64,000 bases of DNA. It comes from Paragordius varius. Taxonomy: Eukaryota; Animalia; Nematomorpha. Made by a program: the position numbers and the translations under genes. Within the stretch, counting starts at the first letter, position 1; each line of letters starts with the position of its first letter. Where the stretch lies: the NCBI GenBank assembly GCA_964247055.1, contig OZ176058.1:2666001-2730000 (forward strand), in the 5' to 3' direction. Positions 52,302 through 64,000 of this stretch are shown here, piece by piece. The notes beneath the pieces were generated by a model, which was not told where the DNA came from, searched no databases, and saw only the letters and a program-made list of their open reading frames with translations.

Positions 52302-52417
52302 GATGTAGATTAATTTAGGAATAGGATAAGAAAAGAAAGATAATAATGTGGTAAAAGGTTTTTTAGATATTTTTGGATAAAATTTTAAATTATGAAATAT
52401 TTTAATCAAACTTGGCG

Positions 52418-52425
52418 TTTATATA
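52418..52425 (-). promoter_or_regulatory. TATA box (TATATAAA) of the secreted orphan gene
   Basis: Canonical TATA about 120 nt upstream of the ATG at 52301. Confidence 0.45.
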
Positions 52426-55264
52426 GACTAAAAAGTCTACCTACATGCGTAAATGATTGATGTAAAGAATTTTTTGCAAGTTTCCCCGAAACGTAAAGTT
52501 TATGTCAAATATTTAAGTCGCGCCAGTATATTTCTTCGAATTATAATGAGATTATTACGCATTATTACCTGCAATTTCATAGAAAAAAAAACTAAGAAAA
52601 AACAAATATTTGCTGGTAGCAAAATACATAGACAGACATCTCAAGAGAGAAAAATTAGAGATATAAGTATATGTATCAGAGATATTTGCGTAAAGAGACA
52701 CCTATATTCTTGTTTAAAGTTTTTTGGAGAAATGGAAATAATTATATATTTTTTGGTTTTTGTTTAACACTTCCAAGAAATTTTAAATATAATCCCAAAA
52801 AGTTACCCACGATGTTAAGCGATATTAACTTTATGTGATCTATGCTATTATAGGCTCACCTTAATATTTATGTTAATTTTTGAAAAATAATGTAAAAAAG
52901 GATCTAAATATTTTTGATATGTTCGAATCGCCAAAAAACGCTTACAGGCATATATATAAAAATTAAAAATAAATTTAATAATTGCATTAAATTATAATTT
53001 GGAAGGATTTATAAACTTTTGTTATTAACAATTGTACTTAGAAATTTTCTATATTTTAAACTTAAAAAATTAATATTTTCATGCATAGGCCTTAAACGTA
53101 GTTCCGAGCACAAAAATATCCTGATGAATTATGATCTAAAATATAGAATTGTTTCAATCAAAGGTCACAAAATTGGCTGATATTATGTCAAATATATTTT
53201 TTGGTAAAAATTAAAAAAACTAAAATATTTTTATAGAGCAGGGCCTATATTATGAAAAATATATTTTTAGCTGTAGGCACTATTTTTTTAGCAATCCAAT
53301 TTAAGCAATTTTTTAAATTCAAATTTCGGAATTTCGCGATAACAATACCAAATACTACAGAAAGTTATGGAAAATATATGCTTTGCTTATATAGCAAATT
53401 TAATTAGGAGCTTATAGTGTTTATGGTAGTTTGGAGCAGGTAAAAACGTTTTAATATTATATATATATATATATATATATCGCATTGTTGTTAAAACTTT
53501 TAAAATTTAAATTCTTACGGATCGTTTAACTTTGAAATTCGAGTTAATTTCGTTAAATAACCACAACTTATAAAATTATTAGATCTTTCAGCCAATTTAA
53601 AAATTGTGATTTTGTTATTTTTGCAGTAGTTTATACCGTTTTCGCTATACTACAAAATCCTATCAAATACGCTTATCAAAATTTTTAAGCGTATTTCGTT
53701 GACAAAATAGTCTTTTTTAGATTTAATCTTCTAATTACCTCCATAACGCAGTGAACGATATCAAGGGTCAAAAGAACAACTGACAAAATAATATATTTTA
53801 ACACCTTTTGGTTTTGTTTACGAAATATTTAAGAAAATTATATGTGCACACATGACTCCATAAATGTCAAAATCTGCACTCTTTATCAAATATATATTTT
53901 TTGTAAAAACTAAAGACTATAAACCAAAATCTTCCTGAAAAATCAAAACAATTATTTTAACAGTTTTTAACGAAAGTCTTGAATTTTTGGATCCCTTTAA
54001 AAATGCTGTTTTAAAAAAATAAATGCAAAAATATGCATACACCGTAAAAATTTTTATATGTGCTAATTATGTCATCTAAATAAAAGAAATTGTAGTACTA
54101 CAAAAATATTAAGATGAAATATGTATACAGATAGATAAATGGACTCTTATCGTACATTTGGTTTCGGGCCTTATGAATAGGATTTAAGAAATATATTGAC
54201 ACTTTAGTGGTAATTATCTGGTATTGAAAAATCGCATTTGCGCACATAATTCTAAATAAAAAAATTGTTGCTATTTATCTTAGACCAAATCAATATTAAT
54301 CAATGGGCTATCTCTCTTAGAATTAACGAAAAAAGCCGTTATTTAATAAAAAATTTAAATATTTGCTGGATTATCGCTTCAAAAAAATAACATAAATTTG
54401 AGGATGAACAATTTTAATTAGTTTGAGGTCATCGATTTAGTATAATGGAATCATAAAAAAAATATGATTTTAATATCTCAAAGCGTTATACCGTTTCCAC
54501 ATAAAAATACCATATAATTTGCTTCACTAAAATTTGTTGTACAAAGGATTGATTTTTCAAATATAATTTGGAGAGCTACATAAGGGGCAAAAATTTGAGA
54601 GTTTCGGAGCTCTATGAGAATATTGTTTGGAATAAAACATTTAGCTTTTACCAAAACTCATTTGATATATGAGTGTTCATTTTGCAATTCATGGATTTAA
54701 CTTAAAAGAAGTCATATTCCGAACAAAATATATTAGTATGTCAGGATATTTTATATTAAGCCCCAATTTTGTACAGTACGTAATTATGGAGGTCATTTTT
54801 AAACATACTGTAACGAAGACATTTTTTAGCAATTAAATAGCTAGCACTTTAAATATTTAAATATCATGTATTGATTTGAAATAATAGCGTTGTATGTTCG
54901 ATCTTGCATACTAACCCTAACCACCGCATATTTTGTTAAAGTACGATTAATTAATTCTTATGCTGTACAGAGAAAATATTTAAAAGTTTAGAATAAAAAG
55001 ATAATTTAAACCATAAGTATTGCAAACACTATAAGATGATGAATAGTGTAAATTTGGACTATTCAGACATTGTATTAGAAATCAATGAAAATATAAATTA
55101 ATATTTTTTCTAATTTCAAAAAAATCAACGTGGAAATTAAATAATGGCTCACAAATTTAAACATTTTAAATATACAATAACTTTTAGCTATAAAACCATT
55201 CACCATAATTTTCATTTTATAAATTAGACCAAGAAAGTTTAACATAAATGATTCGCGGCGGGTC

Positions 55265-55502
55265 CAGAGGCGTAGCTAGAGCGGGGGAAAGGGGGCTAAT
55301 GCACCGAGCGGCATAGTTGAAAGGGCATCACAGATATAAAGTTTTTATCCAAAAAAATAGGTATTTAAAAGTTATTATTTTACATGATGCATAAAAAAAT
55401 CACCCATTTATGGTGGCCATGACCACGGTTTGAATTTAATTTTTTTTTTTAATGCAAGTGCATGGAGGGGAACGGGCGCCAGAAATGCAAGCTATGCCTC
55501 TG
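55265..55502. mobile_element. hAT MITE with 8-bp TSD
   Basis: CAGAGGCGTAGCT...AGCTATGCCTCTG TIRs; flanks GGCGGGTC / CGCGGGTC (7 of 8 match). Confidence 0.75.
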
Positions 55503-56786
55503 CGCGGGTCACATTTTTGACTCAATAAATCCGAAGGGCTGCATTTAAAAATATAGGATTTATTAAAATTCCAAGAGACTGTAAAAATAATTGTAATTTT
55601 TATTTATTTTATCAATTTTCGCTAGGTGGTGCCGAAATTTGGGAGAAAAAGGCTTATTAAATCCTTTAAGATATATTTTTTTATATTTTTGAAAATTATG
55701 GGAATCCTTATATTTTATTATTTTGAAATTTCTTGTGTATAAAATACTTCTTTTAGGGGCCCGTAAAGGACACCCCTGATCTATCCTAACTATATATTAT
55801 TATATATCCTTTTTATGCAAGTTTAATTTCAATTAGGTTCTAGCCAAACAATTTCATAAATCTAAAAATTTTTGATTTACAAACGAGCAACAACTTTTTT
55901 GTAATTTTTAATCAAATGATATTATCGATTTATAACCCATGTACTAAATCGATTTCCTATGTATTATATATTTTTTTCAAAAAATCCTAATTTATTACTA
56001 TTTTCATGTGCCAATATAATTGGGACCTTTTAAATTTTAGCAAATAAGATCAATATGAAAAAACATTTTTCTATAAACATTGCATGATCCCATTTTAAAA
56101 TATTCCTAAACCGCGATATCATGCTATTATTTTTGAGTGTTGTACCTTTCAAAATACTCACCAAGTGTTTTTTGCAGCCATGATAATTAGCCAAAAATAA
56201 TGTAAAAAAAGGTTAAATTTTATTATTCTTATATTATTATATATATATATATTTTTTGAATAAAATATAATATTCTGTAATAATTAAAAAAAATAATAAT
56301 TAAAATTGATTAAGTTTTTAAAAATCTGCGGTGGAGTAATTCATTTATTTAATATACCAAAAAGGGTGTCTATCATGTGGCCCGCGAAAAATTTAAAAAA
56401 TAAATATCTAAATAAAGGAAATTCTGTAATTTGCAAAAATAACCTAATAGAATTTTCGTAAAATTTATATTTATTGTTAACAATTTTACAATAAATTCCT
56501 CATTGGGAATGAACTGCAAAAATTTGTAAAAAAACAATATTCCCAATATAGTCTTATAATCTAATAAAAAAGTTTTAATTTCCATATAGGCTCGTGATAA
56601 CATTTGTGTTGAACATCTCTGTTTTAAATAATATGGATAATGCAACGAGCGGTTTCGGACTTAAATCATCATTTATTTATTTTTGGGAATTGATTATCAT
56701 TTAGCTATACGTGGTTAATAAAAATGTAGCTAATAAAAACGAAAGATCTAAGTAATTGTGTATTCCCTTTAAGCTATTTAAAATAA

Positions 56787-57078
56787 TATACCATTTACAA
56801 TTCAAATGCACCTTAAAACAATTCAAATTTACCTCAGAACAACTGAAATTCTCTCTTGAACAATTCTAATTCACCCGGAAAATAAAATTAAGTGTTTTCG
56901 GGTTAATATAACTCATCATTAGTATGAAATATATCTTAATGACATAGTTTATTATTTTTTCAATATTTTAATTCTAAACAAAATTTTATTTTTTAAAAAT
57001 ATAAAAAAAATTCAAATAATTTGTAATTTTAGGTGAATTTGAATTGCTCGAGGGGGAATTTGAACTTTAAATGTTTAA
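56787..57078. mobile_element. Family D MITE
   Basis: TATACCATTTACAATTCAAAT... with subrepeats; right end degenerate. Confidence 0.7.
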
Positions 57079-59108
57079 TAGCTCTTGTTTTTTAGCAAAT
57101 ACAGATAACACTGCGGAGCATTTTTAGACTTAGGTACATTGTCAATCGTTTCTTTATAGAATCGATTAATTTATGAAATGTTCATAGCAAAATGAAGAAA
57201 AAATTAAAATGTCTTACAACCGTTAAATAAAATAAATATATGTAATTCCAAATGAGGAATATCTTATATGCGGCCCTCCGAAATATACTTGCAACCCGCA
57301 AGAGATTAAAAAATACCAAATACAAAAATTTATAATTAAAAAAATTTTATTTACAAATCTAGGAAGAATACTCAAACAAATTTTCCAAATTCCGATCTTC
57401 AGCAATGAACTAGCGAAACTTTAATTGTATTTTGATTGTAAATTTTTTACAAATTTCTTATCTATGCCCATATTATTAAAGGCGGTTCGCGTAAAGCCAT
57501 TTGATTTGGGACTAGGTTTTAAAACTTACTTGACCTTACCCATTTAATATCTATACTCACCAATAATGTATGTTAATGTTAAAATTTTTTGGTTAACATT
57601 TAAAACATTTGTGGTTGTTTGGGCCCAATTTTTGTTGCAATTCTTTGGAAAAAATCATCATTATTTTTCATATTTAAAACATAAATGCGAAACGAAATCG
57701 GCGCTACACACAAATAAAGCACATATGGAATCTTAAAATTTGCCAGACATGATTTTTAACGTGAAACGTTCATTTTTGTTTGAATAAAAATCTTGCATTA
57801 TAATATGCAGGAAAACAATAGAGTGGAATAGATTTTGAATAGCTTTTTTATTCTCTATTTTATATAAAAGTTAATGTAAAAACCGTATGTGAACGAAGAA
57901 CGATTTTAATTTTGAAGAATAAATTATACTAACTTTGGTCAAATATAAATTTCTCGCAAACACTATTTTTGTATTACCAAACTTTCCATTCCATTTTTCA
58001 TTTTGTAAAATATTTTTTATAGTTAAAATATTTATGTATATTTAAACGAAAATTTAAAAATCACTTAAGAGCCATTCATTTTGAATTGGTCCCGCACCCA
58101 AAACTAAATGTTTCCAACTTTACGTATAAAAATATTGATAATATTCATCATATGTGGATGGCATATAACGAATGGTGCCTTAATAAATTCTCCGCAAAAA
58201 TTTCAAGACACTCAAAATCAAAATAATTCTCACAAAGGAAAATTGGGTAAATTTAATAAACACTTTTTATACTAAAGTAATAAATGGTTATTAGTTTGAA
58301 CTATTGAGATAAATACAAGTAGGGTATGGTAATACAACATAAGAGGGCATTATTAACCCATAATCAAAACATTGATGTTGCTTATTTAAGTATGGACAAA
58401 ATTTGTTTTATACCGTCAATTTAAAACTTTTTTCAATTTAAAAAACATATTCAAAATCATCGAATTATAATAATAATTTTTTAACTAATTAAATAATAAT
58501 AAAAAACATGCCGTTTTTGAACAGTTTGATACACCACATTCATTTTAGCCCTCCGATTTCAATTGCGGCCTTTGGGGACCTCAGGCCTGTTTAAAATCAA
58601 ATATTTCTATATGGGTAGGGTTACCAGACGTCCCGCTTTTTCACAATTAAAAAAAAATTTTTTTTTAATCCATTTAAATTTTTCATAAAAAATTTATTTT
58701 TTTACCCGGTTTAAATTTTTCATCATTTTTTATCATTAGTTATCTTTAAAATCTAAATAAATTTTAAATAAAATTTTTATATTATAAAAGCAGTCACATA
58801 ATATAACAAGATTTGGACGTCACATGACAAAATAATATAAGTGGCTATATCTGTTTTGACATATTAGTGAAGATCTACTATAAATAGAAAATAGCCAAAC
58901 ACGCTTTATAATTTTCTGTTGTATCAAATCCTATATAAATATATTTATTAAATTAAAGTTATTTAGTCATAAGAGTAACCAAATATAATTTTTACTAAAT
59001 CTAATTTCTTAAAACAGGTTCTTGGTGATTTGGCATTTTCTTTTCCGGATCTATTTCAAAAAAATAGTATTCTTGAAATATATATACATTTTAATAATAT
59101 TTTCCTAG

Positions 59109-62100
59109 CCGAAAATCAAAATCCAAAAGCCAATATCTCAAACGTATACGTTACTCATTCTCAATCCCCCAATAATAGCGATAAAACCTCAGAATTTGTA
59201 CAAGATCACATCCATAAAGATAAAAACTTTACTAAAAGCTGGAAGAATGACACTGATGAACTAAATTCTTTGGTAGAATTTTCAAGTGTTACCCCTCATG
59301 CTACGTTTCCGAACTCAAACTCAACAACACTGCAGACACCTCAGGCCGTTTCAACGAATTCCATTGTAATTGCAATACCAAATATTTTACCAGTTATGGA
59401 AAGCTTTATATCACCCGATGATACGTCTCATGCCATGATGGATTACAGTTTAACACCGCCCGATATCCATTTATTACCGGTCCACCAGGAGCTGACAAGC
59501 TCCCTATCTATTGCCAACCGAAATATATCTTTCGTCGGTTATAGCGAAGGAATTAACACAATTAATAAGGTAAATATATCAAAAAACGAATCGGACGAAA
59601 AATTACTTATTGAAAAACCATTAACTTTACAGATAACTGAAGGTTCTGAGTCTACAAAAAACAAGCATATGGCTAGGAGATATGTTATGTCTGGAGAGAC
59701 AAATTCTAAACTTTCAAAATCTAAGGAGCCTCACTTTTCTCCATTAGAGTATAACACAGTTGTTTACTCAGTGCCTGATATGAGGAAAGATAAAGACGCA
59801 ATACCAAATGGAGAGCAGATATCCCACAAAGGCAATTACGATCACTTAATTATGAGTAGTCATATCAAGGATCATTTACGAAAGCATAAACGAAAACACT
59901 CCAAATTATCTAAGAAACAGAAATTTTTAACACACCACGCTTTATCCAATTTTACTGAGGATGCCAAAAGCACCAATAACAATGGTAAAAATTCAAATAC
60001 AACATTGTTATTTGAAGAGATTAAACAATTAACGCTTGCACTACGGACCCGTTTAAGAGATCATAAAAGCGAAACCCGCAAGGCTTTTGATACGATTAAA
60101 CCAGCTGGTATCACCGTAGATTTCATTGAAAAACTTTACAGACAATTGACAACGCATAGTTTTGCTCAACAAAATGGTTCTTTCCAATACAACTCTTCTA
60201 AATCAGACATTACACCCTATTATTATGGTGGATGGCATAATTTGTTTAATGTTAGCCAAGGCCAGCCAGATGCTATCGAAAAAAATGAAATTGGTGCTAT
60301 TTTTCAACGAGAATCTTTGATAGACTCCATCCATATGGGTAGACATAACGAATATGAATCTTCTAAAGTACATTATTTACAAAATCATGAAGATGAGCAT
60401 AATATGCAGCACGAAAATATAGGGTATGCTAATAAAATAATTGATGGGAAACATTCGATTTTTACACAGAGCCAAGCATTGGATGAATTATTGCTGTCAG
60501 GAGCTGAAAGCCATTTAATTCCACTTTGGGCATACCTTAAGAACTTAGATGCATTGTATGGTGGCACGGTATCTGGGATAGATATGGTCGTCCCAATCAT
60601 AAATAAAGTTGAACGGGATTATTCGAAAGATTTTGTCCGTATTTCAAAGCGACCGGTTCAAGCTCCACAGTTACCAGCCTTTCAGCAACTCTCTTCGAAT
60701 CTAAATGAAAGTATCAACTATGATATACTGAATACGTCCACAAGCAAAAACCAAACAACTACTAAACAAAATGTTTCAACTACTGTAAATGGGTCGTCAA
60801 TAACTACTCAAATAGAAGAGATAATATCGGGATCTAATGGAACAAGAAATAATTTGTTGATTAAAACTTCAGCTTTATCTAACTTAGTTGCAAATGATAC
60901 TGGCAAGTCCAAAAATTTTGAAGTAATATCATCGCCTCCTCTGTTACCCACCCCAAAATCCATTTCTATAAAAAGTTTGGAGCGTATTATTGAACAAAAA
61001 ATGATAAAGTCACTAAGTATTAAACAGCAACCTCTACCCTCATCTATGGCAAATGACAAAACTATTGATATTGTTTCTAACCATACGCGAAACAATCAAA
61101 GTAAAGATGAAACAACACAAATTAAACATGAAAAATTAGATAAGGGTAGCTTAGGCGAAAACCTACGTAAAAATGTTTCAATTTTAACACAAGCTCCAGT
61201 CGAAACCTCGAATAAAAAACTTTCAAATCCTCCGCAGGTTATAATTAATGATGATAATCCTACGCAGTCTATATTGATGCAATCGTCTAGTACAACGAAA
61301 AAACCGTTAAATGTATGCTTGAGTAAGCCATGCGTCGAAATTGGTATATAATATAATTTGTAAATTCTTATTATAATAATTCACACGTTTAACAATTATC
61401 ATACAAATTATTGAACCGTAATTTTTTCTAATTTATCGGATGATATACCATTTACAGTTCAAATTTACCCTTAAACAATTCAAATTCACCCTTGAACAAT
61501 TCAAATTGAACATTTCAATTTCATCCTTGAACAATTCAAATTCACCCTCGAACAATTCCAATTCACCCTAAAAATAAATTATGAAATTTTGGTCTAATAT
61601 AACTCATCATTAAAATTAAATATATTTTTATGGCAAAGGTTATTATTTTTTCAGTATTTAGGGTAAATTTGAATTGTTCGAAGGTGAATTTGAATTGTTC
61701 AAGGGTGAATTTGAATTGTTTAAGGGTGTGAACTGTAAATGGTATATAAATGATAATTGGCAAAATAGTTTACCAAGAAATACCACAATATTAATAATTT
61801 TCAATATTATATTCCATCTTAACCGTACTTTTAAAAATTTACCGCATGGATAAATATTTTTACATGTTAATTCAATAAAGACTAATCATGCTTTAAATAT
61901 TAATATTTAATATTTGTTTTAAATGGATAGAAAACAAAAAAAATAATTGTTGGTTGTATGTATATACCAAACGATTTTTATACATCGCCATTTTATAAAT
62001 TTTAATTGCTGAGGAGGGTCAATAATTTAGAATTGTCCGAAACGTACAATTTTAAATTTTTTTATCTGGAGTTTTAATAATCTATTCTTGTTTCCAAATT

Positions 62101-63477
62101 TTATCAAAAATATGATTAAATGCTTTTATAAATATGCTTTCTATACCTTTTAGCGGCAAACATGTTAGCAGCCATGAATGGAACGATTGACCCTTGCACA
62201 GATTTCTATCAATATGCTTGTGGTCGGTGGGACAAAGAAAATATTATACCTGAGGGTGAACTTAAAATAACACCATTTACGCAGTTGACGCATAGACTGC
62301 ATATAAAAGTTAAAGGTGATGACATCTTTTTAACTTTTATTCTTAGATCACAATTGTCCAACACGCCCTCCTAAATATATCTATGCCCGCGAGATATTAT
62401 AAATAGAAAATTTTACGAACTATACCATTTTCAACCAGACGCAACATTTTTTTTACAAACGCAACATTACAAATGAGAAAATGTTGCGTTTGCTAGGAAA
62501 AAATGCTTTTGATTGAAATATTATAAAATTGATTTTATTAAACAACTTTCCTGAATAAGTCTTTCCGAATTCAGCTATAAACTAAAAAAAATTTGAACAG
62601 TCTTATTTTTGGTTAATAAATATTAATGTCCATTTCTTTCACGATAGCGGCCCTCAAAGCGCTTTGTGTTGGACAACCCTAGTAACTGATTATTTTATGA
62701 TCGTAATGCGACACTTGTGTAGTTAATATTAATAATTAGAACATTTATATGGGTAATAAAAATTTGCACAATGAATTTGCTAAAGATATGTATTAGGTGT
62801 TTGCAAATCACATTATTTGTCACCAAATGGTTATACACTAGCGTATGTTATAAAAGACGACTTGTGCATAATGAAAAAACCAATTTAATATTGTAGGATA
62901 GGAAACTAATTGTTTAGTTTCAATTTGTTGTTTTTAACCGTACGCTACTGTATTTTGCCAAAAATAATGTGAATTAGTTAACTAATATTTTGTATGTGAA
63001 AATGTAATGTTTCGGTTTTGGTTAAAATATTTAATTAATACAACTTACTGTTTAATTGAATTCGTCATAAATAAAATCGAGTTTGATTGGTTTTATCTAA
63101 TAAATGTATAAAAATTTGATTTTTTCAAAATCTAACAAATTTGCATTTAATATCATGGATAGTTAAATTTAAAATTATTTAAATTAATTTATTTCGCTAA
63201 TTAAATAACTTAAACTATATTAGCAGAAATCAAAGTTCTAAAAAGTATGGTTGTCTTTTACAAAAATATTTGTCTTACCTTTAACGTTTTATCCGTAAAT
63301 CCATTAGAGTTTATTTGTGGAAAATAAAATGCCCACGTAATATTTACTATGTGAACACACTGAAAATTTTATTTTATTTTTAATTTTTAGGCATTTTAGA
63401 GGAACCGTTTGATGAAAAAGTGGATCGCCCTTCAATCATTAAAGCCAAAAAGTTTTATCAATCTTGCATGAATGAAA
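59109..63477 (+). CDS. M13 family zinc metallopeptidase (neprilysin/endothelin-converting-enzyme-like), partial; exons 59109-61343, 62154-62315, 63391-63477
   Basis: The spliced product CLSKPCVEI|AANMLAAMNGTIDPCTDFYQYACGRW...KVK|GILEEPFDEK...KAKKFYQSCMNE is the diagnostic M13 N-terminal domain start. Phase-1 GT..AG junctions are consistent. The N-terminal TM/signal exon was not located, and the catalytic HExxH lies beyond the window. Confidence 0.9.
61444..61746. mobile_element. Family D MITE, best-preserved copy, in the M13 gene intron
   Basis: TATACCATTTACAGTTCAAAT...GAACTGTAAATGGTATA with multiple 20-bp subrepeats per arm. Confidence 0.82.

Positions 63478-63478
<1 letters not shown>

Positions 63479-63513
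<35 letters not shown>
63479..63513. repeat. (TA)n microsatellite directly at a splice donor
   Basis: GAAA|G(TA)n. Other (TA)n tracts at ~6511, 13890, 15665, 16006, 24907, 26748, 30217, 32003, 53457; (GATA)n at ~21105-21135. Confidence 0.9.
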
Positions 63514-63517
<4 letters not shown>

Positions 63518-64000
63518 GTTAATTTTTACGATTCCATGTAAACTTAAATATAATTGATTAAAAAAATAAATTGGAAAGTTAAAAACCCTTCAATTGTATT
63601 ATTTATTCACAGAATAATTTGGTGCTACTTAGAACTCGTCAAAAAAATTATTTGATTCCAGTGTGTTGTTCATAAAAAAATTTGCATTAATATTTTTTAT
63701 TTCTTTCTCAGAAAAAATTGTGAAAAAAATCTTTAGAATTTTTAATATAGCGGATGGCGAATATTTAAAATAAATGAATTTCACCTCATGTGAAAATAGA
63801 GAATTGAAATTAAGCCTAAATGATTTGGAAAAAAGAGTATTTATTTTTTATTTTATCGCAAGATTATCCAATTTTCGTAGTTAACTATCAAATTATTGTT
63901 TTCGTTTTTTCTAGAAAATATCGAGAAAATTAAGATAAAACTATAATCGAAAATTTTATGAATAAATTTAAGAAAATAGCGAATATTAGTAAAGTTTCTT

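Overview
AT-rich animal (metazoan) genomic DNA with spliceosomal genes and dense DNA-transposon debris; the species cannot be determined from the sequence. Host genes: (1) a 9-exon, ~1483-aa C2H2 zinc-finger transcription factor (23213-37193, +) with an MSKRKQ N-terminus and RREB1/hindsight-like fingers; (2) a short secreted orphan ORF (51948-52301, -) with a partial tandem paralog; (3) part of an M13 (neprilysin/ECE) metallopeptidase gene (59109 to past window end, +) with a ~745-aa low-complexity stalk. The most striking object is a PIF/Harbinger element (1972-3945, TTA TSD). Its ~630-bp TIRs each carry the same start codon, first exon and splice donor, feeding two convergent genes (Myb/SANT protein on +, DDE transposase on -) through four predicted 23-33 nt introns. 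Other mobile DNA: two giant CACTGTG-ended palindromic elements with 3-bp TSDs, one with an RTE LINE exactly at its apex; piggyBac-, Tc1/mariner- and hAT-type MITEs; and two higher-order tandem repeat arrays. All gene models, identities and family assignments were made by eye, without alignment tools or database searches.
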